From Mytilus trossulus (taxonomy: Eukaryota), in the NCBI RefSeq assembly GCF_036588685.1, contig NC_086377.1:42036001-42100000 (forward strand): a DNA stretch of 64,000 bases, in the 5' to 3' direction. Under the pieces are notes generated by a model. That model was not told where the DNA came from and made no database searches. It saw only the letters and a program-made list of their open reading frames with translations. The translations under genes and the position numbers were made by a program. Positions 1-14,269 of this stretch are shown piece by piece; positions within the stretch are counted from its first letter, which is position 1, and each line of letters opens with the position of its first letter.

Positions 1-816
1 CGTTTATAACGCGTCAAACTGCTGACCAAACTCATAGTCCTTCTAATCAGAAGAACCTAAACACATTATGACGAAACTATTTGTTAGACAAAAACATGCA
101 ACTATTAGACAGAGAGACAACATGAAAACGATGTATCCCAACTCTTAATAGTTATATAAAATACTAGTATATAAGACATCATTTGTATTAGATAGCTTAT
201 AAAATGTAAACGATATGGATATCGTCACACACTTATATGATACTCGTTTATCTGACGCCGGAACCTTCAATTTCACAGTCGAAAATACACTGTAAACGTT
301 GTTGCAAAACAAGCAAAATATCAATAGACAAACAATAGTGCATAATACAAATAAAGAAAACTAAAGACTGTCCAAAAGAAAAAGCTAATCTTGCTCCACA
401 TTTGTCACCCGTTGTGTTGTTCATGTTATTACCCGGTAGTAAGTTTAATTCGGTAAGTCACGTTCGGGAAAAGAAAAAAAAAGTTACTCTCTAACTGTTG
501 TTATCTGCGTTTTTGGTTCTCAATAGTAAACGTTTGAATTTTAGTATCGTCTAGCAATTGGGTTTCATATGCATATTGTATAATTACTTATAGCACATTG
601 TGTTCTTGTCAAATTGTTAAAACCATTTTGTCCCTGAAATCTCATCACGTCTGGCGTCTGCAGATAATACATTGCAACGAGACTTGTCTATTTGATTCAA
701 GTGTAACCTTTTTTTAACACTTTTTAAAAAATGTGTTTATGAGTACGACAAAAGATAAGAATAGGATTAACGTTCGGCATTTATTTTCGAACTAGAAATA
801 CGTCTATTACACAAAT

Positions 817-1680
817 TTATCCTGCAATTGGGTGTCTTACTATACAGATACAGCCCTACAAATATCACTATACTGTATCTGTATACTATACAGATATCCC
901 TTTAACGCTCCGCCCTCTGCCGGACAACGTTTGTGTATAGCTGTTGACGATGTTGTATAAACCTGTGTGATCTTAAAATGTGTATTGCAGTCGCATTCTA
1001 ATGACGTATTGTTGACCTCATGCGAACTAAGTTAAAAGATTACTTTTATACGTTCTGTTTGTTTTTAAACCATTCTTCAGAGCAAACAGACAAACATGAA
1101 CAGCAATAAGTTCTTCGACGACACCATCGATTGAAAACCTTGAATGTGAACATGTGTAACGAAATCAATCAAGTCGGTTTCAGCATGCATGTTAAGTGAA
1201 TATCAAGTTCAGTTCAGAATTCTGAAGCGTAGAACAACTTGTACACTTCTGTCATGTCTGTTTCAAATTCGACAAAGTTTTTTTTTTTTTTTTTTTTACT
1301 TTTAAAATTAGTTGTTATGTTAAAATAGTTAAGTATTCATCTTGGGTTATGTATTATTGTTGACAATTCGAGATTCTTTTCTTGCGAACCCGTCTTCAAC
1401 TGAATGTGTGATTTTAATATTAATACGCGGGCCTCGTGGGCTTTAAATCGAAAATAAATGCAAAAAATGTGACTTTTGGTGTCTTTCAAGGCACAAACAA
1501 CATTCATAATTAATTGCAGGATAAAGACAATAACTGTTTAGTGTCTTTAAATAGTAGATGTATTTGTACTTAGCTCGAAACAGGAGTAATAGTTAGCTGA
1601 AGCTCGCATTACACCTGTTTCTTAGCCTCGTAAAAATACAGTTGATATCTAAAGACAATCAACAGTTGTTGTCTCGATAA
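817..1680. mobile_element. Hairpin-terminated non-autonomous element (Crypton-like architecture)
   Basis: Palindrome at ~1522-1680. TTATCCTGCAATT at 817 is inverted at 1512-1524. The element is absent from the paralogous sites at ~5850 and ~7305. Confidence 0.7.
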
Positions 1681-1999
1681 CTTACTAACTGAAACAACGT
1701 TATAACAATCAATTTGTCAAATAAGACTTAAATTTAAAAATTCAGAGAGAAAAATGACTGTCGGACTCATTAGTTACACTTGAATCAAATTGATAAGACT
1801 CGTTACAATGTATTATCTGTTTTGTTGATGTGCTTATAAATCATATTTTCGGAAATCAAACCAGACATATTAAGGAAATTGATATTTTTTTTGCGAGGGC
1901 AAAGTGACACAATCAGCTGATAAAAAAGTGAGAGTAGACAAGCCAGGGAAACACCCTAGTTACACAATTTGTTTACAAAGTGATTATTGAATTCATATA

Positions 2000-2153
2000 C
2001 AGTGAAACCTGGCTAAACCGAATCCTGCTTAACCGAAAACCTGTTTATTCCATACATGGACCGTCATATTAAATTATCTGTGTTTTGAACCTGATAAAAC
2101 CGAACAACAAAAGTAGTAAGTCCCGAAGAATTTCGTATAAACAGGTTTCACTG
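2000..2153. mobile_element. MITE, Tc1/mariner (pogo-like) type
   Basis: TIRs CAGTGAAACCTG / CAGGTTTCACTG are flanked by TA. The paralogous empty site is at ~4071-4090 (gaattcatatatataaaagg). Confidence 0.9.
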
Positions 2154-3690
2154 TATATAAAAGGAAAATAGTATTACCTATTAAATGCAGACAATATAGA
2201 TCGAATCTGTTTTTAAGTTTATGACATCTGTACTTGACTTGTGAACCATTAAGTGTCTACAGATTCTTATAATCTCATTATATTTTTTTTTAATTTAATT
2301 TCAGTTGCATAATTTGTCAATAAAGAAACGACCCGATACATTGTTTGTTCAGGAACTCTTTCAGTTTACTCTAGTTTATGTCAATAGACGTAATAAAGTT
2401 TCAGAAAATGAAGTTTTTTAAAAACATCACAATATTAGAAAGTGTCGTAATTACTTACAATTACAGGAAAATTTTAATCTGAATGCAAATTATTAGACTA
2501 TACTGAAATACTGTTTACAATTTAGAATCATTTTGAGCTATTTAGACCATAGTAGCTTCGTCATTTTGGTTTCTGGTAGAGAGTTGTCGCATTATCATTC
2601 AAACCACATCTACTTATTTTGCTATTGACAGACGTGAATAAAAACGTACATAGCTGTATTAAAAGTTTTATGTCACTGTTCTATCTATTCTGCCAAAATA
2701 ACGAGATCTAAATTGTTAGACGTCATGACGTAGAAAAAGAGAATTATACAATAGGTTGTTGATTACAAATTTCACCATTCCTAGTCCTTTTTTTCACAAA
2801 AATAATATATCTAATCATTAACAAGTTCCAAGTTCCGGTCGATATCGATACAAATAGTATTTGTCACATGTACATGATGTAGTTTCCAGTTGTAAGAAGA
2901 GAACCAGGATGGTTGACAACTGCAGATTTTATATTAAAAACAGAGAAAACTGTATACCTTATAATCAGCAAGACTCTATCAGAAGACAATAAAATACACT
3001 TTATGACTAGAAAAGACGTAGACCTCAGCCACATATCCTCATCACATGTTTTTACATATAAAACTCCTTTGTTTCTGTAAAACGCCATTTTAATTCAGTT
3101 GTTTATAAGATTTTGTAATGGTATTGTTTTTAATAAACCGTGTTGTTGCTGTTTTTTACAGTCTGTAAGTTTTATTTGTGTAAAAAACGTTTTTCTAGTT
3201 AAAAAGTTAAAAATGCCGAACGTTTATCACATTCTTATCTTTCATCGTTCTCGTAAATTAATTTTTTAAAAGTGTTGAAAACATAAGTAACACTTGAATC
3301 TAACTGATAAGTCTCGTTACAATGTATTATCTGTTTTGTCAATGTGCTTATAAATCATATTTTCGGAAATCAAACCAGACATATTAAGGAAATTGATATT
3401 TTTGCAAATCCAAAGTGACACAATCAGCTGATCAAAAATGACAGTAGACCAGACAGGGAAAAAACTCTAGTTACACAATTTGTTTTCTAAGTGATTATTG
3501 AATTCAAATAAAGTAATGAAAAAATAAAGTTACATATGAATCCTATTGATAAGTTTGGTAACAATGTAAAATCTGATTTGTTAATGTTAATATAAATCAT
3601 ATTTTTGAAAATTGAAATTGACATTTTTGAACAAAAAAGTTACACAATCAGCTGATAAAAGTAGACCAAATAGGGAAACACCTAAGTTAT

Positions 3691-4057
3691 AAAAAAGAAG
3701 ATGTGGTATGATTGCCAATGAGACAACTATCCACAAAAGACCAAAATGACACAAACATTAACAACTATAGGTCCCTGTACGGCCTTCAACAATGAACAAA
3801 GCCCATACCGCATAGTCAGCTATAAAAGGCTCCGATAAGACAATGTAAAACAGCTCAATTGAGAAACCTAACGGCCTCATTTATGTAAAAAAATGAACGA
3901 AAAACAAATCTGTAACACATAAACAAACGATAACCACTGAATTACAGGCTCCTGGCTTGGGACAGGCACATACATAAATAATGTAGTGGGGTTAAACATG
4001 TTAGCGGGATCCCCCCCCATAACCTGGGACAGTGGTATAACAGTACAACATAACAAC
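3691..4057 (-). repeat. 3'-anchored retroelement tail, family T1 (other copies: 18675-18977 -, 24112-24303 +, 25965-26155 +, 28577-28762 +, plus decayed ones)
   Basis: All copies share the end ...ggcaatcataccacatcttctttt and vary in length at the other end. Confidence 0.85.
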
Positions 4058-4856
4058 GCATTTGTTTACTGAATTCATATATATAAAAGGAAAAAGGAAA
4101 ATGGACAAATCATTTATTTTTAAAAGTAAATCATGTTTTATTAATAATTTTCACATTTGTTAGTGGATGCATCAAGTATCGGTTCCTTATAGCGGCCTCT
4201 TTAACCGATAGTAGTATATAATACATTGTGTTGGTACTGGCTAGTTTATTTTGTCTGTAATACTTACATTTATCAATAATGATATATCCAACTAATTGTT
4301 AGTTAATTAAAAATATAGATATATTACAATATAAACATATATAAACATATTAATCTATCAAACGCAGACAATAAAGACCGAATCATTTTAAATTTATGAC
4401 ATCTTTACTTGATGTGTGAGCCATTACGTGTTTTGGGATTCTTCTAATATCACTTTATATTATCTATTTAATTTTATTGTATAAGTTGTCAGTAAAAAAC
4501 GACCCAATGTATTGTTTTTGTTTCAGACATTTTCAGTTTTCTGCAGTTTATGCCAGACGTGATTTAATTTCAGGGACAAAATGATTCCAAAAACGTGACA
4601 AGATAACAAGGTGCTATAAGTTATTACAGTAACTCTATAATGTTTATCTGAATGCAAATTTCTAGACGATACTTAAATTCAAACGTTTACTATTAAGAAC
4701 CAAATATGACTGATAGTATATAGTAAATATGACTGGACAATTGTCTCATTGACAGTCTCATTTTTATATTGATAGACAACAACAAAATGTGCGTAGCCGT
4801 TTTAAAAGTTGACCAACCTGTTTGTTACAAAAAAAAAGACTAGTGTATGTCCTTAA

Positions 4857-5238
4857 GAATGTACTAAGCTAAAATGATAATAAAAAAAATCAGAATTTAA
4901 AATTGATTTTATAAGTCGGAAGGACATTAGTCAAGGAACAATCAGTTAAACATATAGGTTAAGGATCTCCTTGTCGAGATGATTTTTTACTAAATGTCTT
5001 GGAAGTGCTGTCATCGACTTTTACTTTATATTTACATTGGTAGTATTTGGGTCTTCAAAAGAAAGATAATCTAGAATCTGTTTATACTTTGGTAAATTAC
5101 ATTTTTTAAGCTGATGAAGTCTTATATGAAAAAAGAAATGGATGTTATGGGTCAAAATAAGTAACGCTGCATCGTAGAAAAAGAACTAAAGATTCAAAAC
5201 ATCTGACACAAGTTCATTAATCTGACCTAAGTTTATCC
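4857..5238. mobile_element. Degenerate TTAA-flanked non-autonomous DNA transposon
   Basis: TTAA on both sides with weak inverted termini (gaatgtactaag / ctaagtttatcc). Confidence 0.45.
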
Positions 5239-8200
5239 TTAATGCGCATCTTAGTTTTCAACTGTTAAATTTGTAATGTATTCTTTGACTTCTCTCAAAA
5301 GTTTCTTTAATTACTTTCAGCACCTTGTAATCTTGATACCTTTATGGAACCATTTTTTTCTAAAACTATTATCACGTCTGACATTAACTACAGTAAACGA
5401 GAAGAGTTCCAAAAACAAACAATGTATCGGCTCGTTTCTTTATTGTCAAATTATGTAACAAGAATTAAATAGATAATATAAATGTGGTAATAAGAATCTT
5501 TAGACACGTGATGGTTCACACGTAAAGTTAAGATGACATAAACATAAAACAAATTTTGTAACTTGGGTGTTTCCCTGTCTGGTCTACTGTCACCTTTTAT
5601 CAGATGATTGTGTCACTTTGGTTTTGCACAAATGTCAATGTCCCTAATATGTCTGGTTTGAAATATTATCTATAAGCACATAAACAAACCATAATTCATA
5701 ATTCATTGTAACGAGACTTACCATTTGGATTCAAATCATGATGTCAATTATTTTTTCAACACTTTTTAAAAATGAGTTTACGAATACACCGACAGATAAA
5801 AATATGATTAACGTTCGGCTTTCTTTTCGAACTATAAATATGTCTACTCATCAAATATCACTTACTAACTGAAACAGAAACAACAAGATTTACTAAAAAG
5901 ATTACTAAAAAAATAAATCAATTTAAAAGAAGTATCGAATTAAATGTAACTAAATACACGCACATAAAATATGTGTATGTCCTTTTACAAGATTGGTGTC
6001 ACTTTCTTTAGTTTGTTTTACAAGTTTCAAACACAAGTATTGCTTATTTTCCTGTAAATAAAAACTCTCATGCACGGTATGCAATTCTGATATCCAGCAC
6101 AGTTAAGAACCATAGTTGACATAACGAAACATCTATTAATACAAATGGTATTCACTAAGATATGGATCTTCGTACGACAATACCATACACTGATGAGCAG
6201 TTTAATGCACGAAATAATTTGCCAAATTTGTTTTAGGAGAGATAACGCTCTAGCTGAAAAAAAAACACGTAATCATTAAATGTTTAATGGATCAACACAA
6301 GTTTAAGGATGAATGACTTAAGAATAACATTTTCTCCTACAACGACGATAATAGATATCTGACTAATAACCAGCGGCTAATTAAATGCTTATTCTGGCCA
6401 ATAAAAAAGGTATTGTTAAAAATGGGCCTTAAATTGGGTAATTTTTAATAAACAAAATATTTTATAATTTTCTGTTTGCACGTCCTGACGGCTAAAAGAT
6501 TGAACCTCGCCATTTTGATAGTGCATATAGAAGTAACATAACACTTTAAAACAAATCTTAACATTTTATTTACGTCTCTCAATATAAAAATAAAGAAAAT
6601 AAAAATTCGATGCGAAAATTTTCTACCAGAATCCAAATGAAATAGCTACTATCAGTTTTATATGGTTCTTAAAAGCGCATTACTTTATCTAAATAGTAGA
6701 AATTTGAATTTAAGTATCAATTAGCAATTTGCATTTTGACCAGAATTTTATTTTTTCTGTAATTAATTGCGACACTTTCTAATCTTGTCATGCTTTTAAA
6801 ACACTTCATTTGGTGATATGTTATCTGTTGATATAAACTACAGTTAATTGAACGAGTTACTTAACACACAAAGCAGTGGGTCGGTTCTTTATTGAAAAAC
6901 TATGCAACACGAACAAAAACGAGTTTAATAAAGTGAGACAATAAGAACCTTCAAACAACTAATGGTTTACATGTCAAGTTTCTTTGATTTCAATAATCAC
7001 TAAGTAAACAAATTGTGTAACTAGGGTTTTTCCTTGTATGGTCTACTGTAATTTTGTATCAGCTTATTTTGTCACTTTTGTTTTGGAAAAATGTCAATTT
7101 CCTTAATATGTCTGCTTTGATTTCCGAAAATATGATTTATAAGCACATTAACAAAACAGATAATACATTGTAACGAGACTTATCAATTGGATTCAAGTGT
7201 TACTTTTTTTCTAAACACCTTTTTAAAATGAGTTAACGAGAACGACGACAGATAAAAATGTGATAAACGTTCGGCATTCTTTTTAACTAGAAAAACGTCT
7301 ATTACACAAATAAAACTTACTGACTGTAAAAAAAAACAGCAAATATAACTTACTCACTAAAACAGCATGATCATTAAAACGATTTATTAAAGTTGTGTAT
7401 TTAAAAATCTATGATCTTGAAAGGTCTTTAAAACAGGAGGCCATAACTGAATCAGAATAAGATTACCCTTCCGGAAAACTTCAACGAAGATTTTATAATT
7501 TCAGCAGTGGTGTTCTACGAGTCTTCCATGTACAAAATAGTGGTATTATACTTCAAATACACATATGCGCGTTTGATTTGCGTCTATCAAACTGAAACTA
7601 AAAAGAAATATTTTGATTGCAATCAGACAAAGATTTTGCTGTAATTAATTGTTTCACGTTGTTTTCTTTGGGTGTTTTTATATAAAAGCTATAACAGTAT
7701 ACCAGTGTTTCAAAGTTATGAATCGATCGAAAAATGTATTCCGGGCAATCGAACCAGAACCGAGGGTAACGTGTCAACTATAAAAAAAAAAAAATTCATG
7801 CACTGCACTATAATCATGTTTGACATACATTATAGAAATCTGAAAGACGATGTGTTGTGCTAGTGCTTTATTGACAATTTGAGCAACTGGAATTAAATAA
7901 AAAATCTAAAGTGAGATTATAAGAATAAATGAACACTTAAGGGTTCACACTTCAAGTTTAGATATCATAAAATTACAAAATATTCAATATATATTGTCGG
8001 TGCTGAATTGATTATACGATTTCCATCTTTTATCTCTATTTCTATGGATTCAATAACCACTTAGTAACTCAATTGTGTAACTAGGGTTCAATCCTATTTG
8101 GTGATCTGTCAACTAATGTCAGCTGGTTGTGTCACGATGGTTTTGCCATAATGTCAAAACTCGTTTGTCTGCTTTTATTTGGTTTCCGGGGAAATGATTC

Positions 8201-8969
8201 ATTCCAAACTTTAACAGAATACTCAAAAGATGATAAAGACATTGACCTTTTCCTTTCAAGTGATACATTTTTATGTGAACAACGAAAGAAAACGTTTCAT
8301 GAATTTTTGGCAAATAATTCAAATTAAAACTACATTTATTGCATATATTATAGCTTGTTGTAAATGATTTCTGTCGTTGATGATAGTAAAGAACCTTTTC
8401 AGCATTAACTTTTTAGTATGAAAGTACATGCATTTTAATGATACAAGTCTATAGACGGTGACTCATAGTTGACAAATTCTACCGTAACTCATAGTTGACA
8501 ATTTCTATCGTAAAATATGCCTGAAATAAAAGAGTGTCGTTGATAAACTGCAACGATACAGCTAAATACCAGAAAAGCAACAGTAAGTTGAGTTTTTATT
8601 ATTCTCACAAATTTGTCTCATTTTTGTAAGCCATACAGTTGCCTATAATTTGCCTACGTCCAGTTTACTTGAACTACTAGTATGTGGATAGTTGTCTCAC
8701 TGACAATCCTACTTAATATATTTCTTTTAAAAAAAACGATGTCAACAATGACGGAACTATTGTTAACGATTGCGACATTTTTTTGTATCTGTTTTGATTT
8801 TCTTAAATCAAAAACTAAATTATATTACAGGAATTGTAATCATAATAAAAGCGAGGTGCAGTTTTGTTATTAAAGGAACCGCGTCAATAGTACGAATAGA
8901 AAATACATACAATAATAGCATTTCGAGTAGATTAAGATTCGATGAAAAATCTAATTTAAACAAAACAAA

Positions 8970-10000
8970 AAATAAAAGTTGTGTCTAAATGACTTCCTTA
9001 TTGCGTTCATGAGTTGAGTGAACGCTAACATAAATACAGCATACGTCAATTTTATCAAAGGTATACATGTTTACAGAGCTCATACTATGATTAAAATAAA
9101 CCTCTGCTACGAAAGAATGAAGCTGAACGCGTGTAGAATTTTAACAAAAACATGTTAGTTCTCTTCCGTATTATGTCAGAATGACATGTTATACCGGATA
9201 AAGTCAAAATCAGCTATCTTGAATCGAAATTTTTCACGAAAATAAGATTTCAACTCACTCAGAAAAGTTAACCTAACATGGTTTTGTTTCAATTACCTTT
9301 TTAGTCATACATGTATATATAACTCTTAGAGCATTCATGTATTGTCTTGGCTATTGGTATCTAGGTTTTGATACTTCAATATAAAGGTTAATAAGGAAAA
9401 ACAAATACAAAGTGCTATTTTGTTGTTCAACACTGGACACTGCTTGGTTGAAGTTTTTTTAATATCTGAAATTAGGGTTACATCTGTAGAATCTGGATAT
9501 AACTTACTCCAAAGTACGCTAGTGTTATTTGTTTATGAACTGTGAACTTTTCTATAGTTTATCGCTTTTTGATAATTACAAGAACAGTATTTTTGATGTG
9601 TGATGTAGGATAACTGTCTCGGTTGTCTCGTTGTAGCGTGTTCGCTTCGAGTGTCAGATATCGTGAGTTTTAACCACGTCCGGGTTAAACAAAATACTTT
9701 AAACTGCAATTCATCATCATCGTTGTAGGATAACATGTTTACGTCATTCAACATAAAACTGTGATGATCAAATACAATTTTAATGATTGCGTTTTTACTT
9801 AGCAAGGGTCCTTTTGTCCCTTGACCAATCAATATGACCTTTTAATGATTGCGCTTTACTCTCACAATATTTATATCTATCCTTGAGCAACGTTCTTGAA
9901 CTTGTCTTTGATTGAAAATGATGTATGATCAAATGAATAATTAGACAATATCATTGAAATCAAATTGAACACAAATATGGCCATTTAATACGAGCTATAA
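8970..10000 (+). pseudogene. Cys-rich family remnant (paralogs 19855-21050 +, 35240-35660 -; weaker ~13650 + and ~39030-39240 -)
   Basis: Conserved acceptor catgttt(t)(c)acag. The 20054 copy reads NTMMKTFSATKE*S*TRRNTINKCVLVLYHIMSD. The 35446 (-) copy retains a GAG|GTAAGT donor. Confidence 0.45.
9615..9712 (+). mobile_element. Degenerate tRNA-derived SINE head (paralog at ~20712-20800)
   Basis: tagcgtgttcgcttcgagtg...atcgtgagttt...cgggttaaacaaaatact resembles a decayed V-SINE-type head. It is present at the same position in both duplicated blocks. Confidence 0.5.
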
Positions 10001-11260
10001 ACTGGTCATGTAATGATACTTGTGCTTTAACCATATTGTTTTTCAAAGACCTTTTTTAAATCTTAAAGTAGATCTTTGTAGTGGATCTATTAGTTTCTGC
10101 TACATTGAAATTGTTGTGGGTTTACACTAGAAGGAATTATTGATGGGAACATCTGCCAAATGTTCATGAAAATCGTATTGTTATCATACACTTTATTTTG
10201 AGAGGTGTTGGTAAAAATGCATTTTCTCACTTGTTAAATGTTTTAAACTGAATATTTGCTCTTGGATATTTTAAATAGGCCACTCATGAATGAAACGAGG
10301 ACTATTGATTGTCAAAATATGTTTCATACTTGTATACATGTTCATACATTGCAAAACTGCTTCTGCTATTCAATTGTTTACCGTACATCATATTTGATTG
10401 TGGATTATGTTGGTCAAGTTAACATTTTGACAAGTGTGTGTTTAACACAAAATATCGCATATTAACGGCACTCGGACAATAATACGGTAAAACAGTTTCA
10501 TTCTTGTCTTGATCTTTATATTCAGCACTCTGTAGAACTGTTGAGGCGTATATATAGGCCTACACGTAAACATGCTAATGTTCTAAAACAAATCAAATAT
10601 TTTCTTATTCCAACAGTATTAATCTAAAAACAGTACAAGGTTGAATTAGTTGCTTAAAACAAGTCGACTTTACTTTTCGGCTTTTCAAAATTATATATGG
10701 CTGTACTTTTATAATACATGTACACCTATGATCTTTATTTGTGAAACTCATTATTTTTTGTGAAAGGGGTTCAATTATTTCAACTGTTTGTTGTCTAGGC
10801 GGAAACATTCTGATGACGTTCTATACATGCATTTGACAGATAATTAATCTAGGAACTCATCAAAACATTTCAATACTAGACAACATATGTATTTTACTAA
10901 ATATTTGATAGTACAAATCGAAATTTGTATAGACCAAGAATAACTAATTTTATCATATACTTACTTAGCTTTTAGAAACGCTTCCATTGTCCACATTGTA
11001 TCAATTTTGTTGGACAAATATTCGAATAACTCATTGTATAGATAAAAATAAACAGTGAAATATTAGAAAGCAAGATTACTTATTATATGTATTGCAAACA
11101 AATCTGATATGATATGACTTGTTGTCAATGCCGTATCAATCATTGCCAAATTGATAATATCAAATTGAGTTTAAGTATAAATTTGATGAATTGTTTATAA
11201 AATTTTGATATTCACACATTGACACTTTAACTTTATCAAAGCTATTTAACAGTGTGATAT

Positions 11261-12331
11261 ATAGAGAATATCATATGGCGTTTTCAATATCGCATCCGTA
11301 TCAACCCGAGACAGCAATATAATCCCAAGAGCTCTGCTCGAGGGATTATATTGGTTGAGGGTTGATACGGTGTGTGATATTGAAAAAGCCATATCATATA
11401 CACTTTATTATATACATATACCTGAAGTAGATATTTTTTTTATGTGACATGACGTCATACAGATAAGAAGGTTTGACATGACGTCATATAGAGTGAATTC
11501 AATCGATGACGTGACGTCATACAGATTAAAGGTGTGATAAAGCTTTTGAAACCGTGCTGATATCGATATCATCACGGGTGGCTGATACAGCACGCTTGCC
11601 ATTGATTGTATTACACATACAAGTTATCTGTATTTATCATATACTTAGCATTAATATGATAGCTTTTGCATATGTGTAACGAACGGAAGTACACAAGCCA
11701 TAATTTCCCACCCAGGCTGATAACCCATATCAGCCCGGTCTGATAACCCATATCAGTGGCGTCTCGTGCAAAAACCCATAACAGTGCTTCTAGTGCAAGT
11801 TACTTCCGGTGTTAACGGTATCGGTTGTTTATTTTTCCATTGTGACGTCAGATATTGATGACGACGTCAAAATTTACGGGAACTTTTGTGGGGATAGTTT
11901 AGTACTAGCTAACAAATGACATTGGCAATTATGAATCATTTTATAGTACAACAAACATGGAGTAATAATGATCATGAAACTCTTCCAAATATTTAATGTT
12001 TTAAAATGCCTCTATAGGAAATGTTACCATACAATGTACATATATATGGAGGTAGTGATGCTGTTGGTTGACAATTATAGTATATTGGATTTATAACTTA
12101 ACTTCTTTATAAAGTTTTTGACTGTTTTAGTTGTTGCATTTGTTTTTTTTTGCCTTACACAAAACTATTGTCGGAAGTATATGATAAAGCGATTAATACA
12201 TGGCCTTTTCCATATCAGCCTGGGTATCATCCCTCGACCCATATCAGCGCCTCGACTCCGTCTCGGGCTGATATGGGGGTCTCGGGATGATACCCAGGCT
12301 GATATGGAAAAGGCCATGTATTAATCTCTAT
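11261..12331. mobile_element. Two back-to-back hairpin-terminated elements (11261-~11633 and 11634-12331)
   Basis: Palindromes at ~11270-11400 and ~12190-12328. TTATCATATACTT at 11634 is inverted at 12175-12187. Confidence 0.7.
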
Positions 12332-12569
12332 TTACTACTAAGTATATAATAAATCACAATACACATCCATCAAAATCATAAATAGGAGGACATCATAAAC
12401 GTTCAAAAATTATACAAGTACAGAAATCGTGTTGATAAATACCAATATCAATGAACAAGACAAATTCCATTTTCTATGTATATTCCTTGGTTTATGCAAA
12501 ACGTCTTTGTAATTAAAATGTTATACTTTGTAAGGGTATTTGTCGACATCATTTTCGTTGTCTCTCCAA

Positions 12570-12710
12570 AACATACCACATACCATTTAAAGGGCATTGT
12601 ATACCTTATACAAAGATTTTTCTGCTGACAGGGGCAGAATTAAATTGCATTATTTCACCGTTATTAGTGTCCTGACAATATTCGAGTAATGAGTGAGAAT
12701 TCATGGTTTC
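12570..12710 (+). pseudogene. Exon-3-like remnant (paralog 23570-23710 +)
   Basis: Reads KGHCIPY...AELNC...CPD/YSSNE versus ADQNC...HSSNE. Confidence 0.4.
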
Positions 12711-14269
12711 GTATTATTTCCTTGTTATTTATGAAACATTGATAGAGCAATACACATTATCAATGATTTTTTTGTCCAAGAACATATAATTATGGAACCA
12801 TTTGACCAATTTTCAATTCTTAACATCTATTCAACAACGACCATGTGTAGAGAAGAAATAGAACATCGCCTCTATGTCATACTACTATCTGTAATTTCAC
12901 AGTTTGAGCATTGGAACTCGTGTATTCCTAAAAGAATCTCAATGAATAATCCCTTCAAATAGAAAAGAAATCAAAACAAAGTTAGTGCCTTTAACACTAT
13001 ATTATTTATTGCTGTTACTAATCATGTCAATATTCATTATTAGATAATAAAGATTGAAATCTGTATATCCCAATGTAAGACATCGAGTAAATTAAAGCTA
13101 ATAATATATAGATCTACAACATATTACTAAATATTTTGACTGAAAATCGCTGGCGTTTACTTTCATATATTAATTCTCGTGCTAGGCATAAATTTGCTTT
13201 AAACATTTTAAATGATGTATCGTCAATTCGAGCTGTATTTTTGTCATAATAGCAGAGGGTTTGGCTAGCTATTAAACAAGGTTTATCCTACTATTTATTT
13301 GTTAGGATGTTCTGTCAGGAAAATGGCAGTTGTTATCAAATTATGTACGTCAATGTTTGTCTGAGTTTATTTATGAAGTATTTCAGTGTTTCTTTAGTTT
13401 CGTTTTTAGTTAATGTGTTTCCCTCCGTTTTGGTTTGCGACACAGATCTGTTCCAATGAAATCAATTATTGATTATTGTACGCCTGTATACCTGATATAC
13501 CATGACTATCCTAAAAGGTGATTCGCTTTTAATTATCGTGAAAGCATGTGTTCAACATTACGACAAAACAAAACATATGCTTACAGACTAACTATACATT
13601 TTGATGAAATATATTCGTAACACTTGAGAAAGATCAACATGTCACTAAGTAAAGTGATTTTTGACGATACTCATGTTAACCAAAATCTTAACATTAAAAC
13701 AAGAACAAGGGAATTAAAATCTGAGAGTATATTAATCGGGTAAGGAAACCACATTGTCAGATGTCTGAACAAATTAGTGGCTCATAAATATCGTTTATCA
13801 AATTGTAAATAATCATGTTGAAAATTCAAGGTCTCTAGGGCAGCCATCTGAATCGTATATTTAAAGCTTACTGACATACTTCTAAGTATGATACTCTTTG
13901 GAAAGCGAATGACATACATTTGTGGACTAAATAGTATCGTTTAATTGCAACCAACAAATCAAAAATATTTCAAAAAAATTGATAAGATATGCACAATATG
14001 ATTCAAATATTTGTAGGAAAATCATTATGACATGAATATTTTTTGAATCAAATTAAAATCAATGTATCAAGTGTTGTAGCTCAAATACATTTAAATCCAA
14101 ACTATTATTATTTCACTTGTTGAATGTTAACTCAAATACACAAAAGGGATTTAAAAATATTCAAAAGTTATATTTACATCATCATGATTATGGTATTGGT
14201 AATTTTAACATTCGATTCAATGTCTATTGATATATTATATGTATATCCTCACTCTACATAATGTGGTTA

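Larger units (their letters stand above)
560..8270. pseudogene. Cluster of about 6-7 younger paralogous pseudogene units in both orientations (~560-1770 -, 1775-2460 +, 3057-4620 + with a partial internal duplicate, 5330-5990 -, 6660-7430 -, 7840-8270 -)
   Basis: The DNA similarity is obvious. At 3118-3164 a hydrophobic MVLFLINRVVAVF ends at a GTAAGT donor. The shared frame HIKEIDI(C/F)(A/P)xxK* is kept through a 3-nt indel. A downstream block reads VCSG...LC...ENEVF. Confidence 0.5.

Noticed and set aside
1944-1958. kappaB-like GGGAAACACCC with nearby GATA and C/EBP-like motifs, suggesting an immune promoter
   Set aside because: It falls within the exon-2-like frame, is not kept in all paralogs, and such short motifs are common by chance.
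2864-3088. 74-aa minus-strand ORF next to a conserved module
   Set aside because: It is not conserved in the paralogous units and is antisense to the better-supported gene orientation.
1680-7370. Repeated (Y)nCAG-NNN-GTAAGT motifs that look like 3-nt microexons (3162 +; ~1686, ~5866, ~7321 -)
   Set aside because: The copies face both directions, so they cannot belong to one transcript. The T-rich tract is better explained as hydrophobic signal-peptide codons before a first-exon donor.
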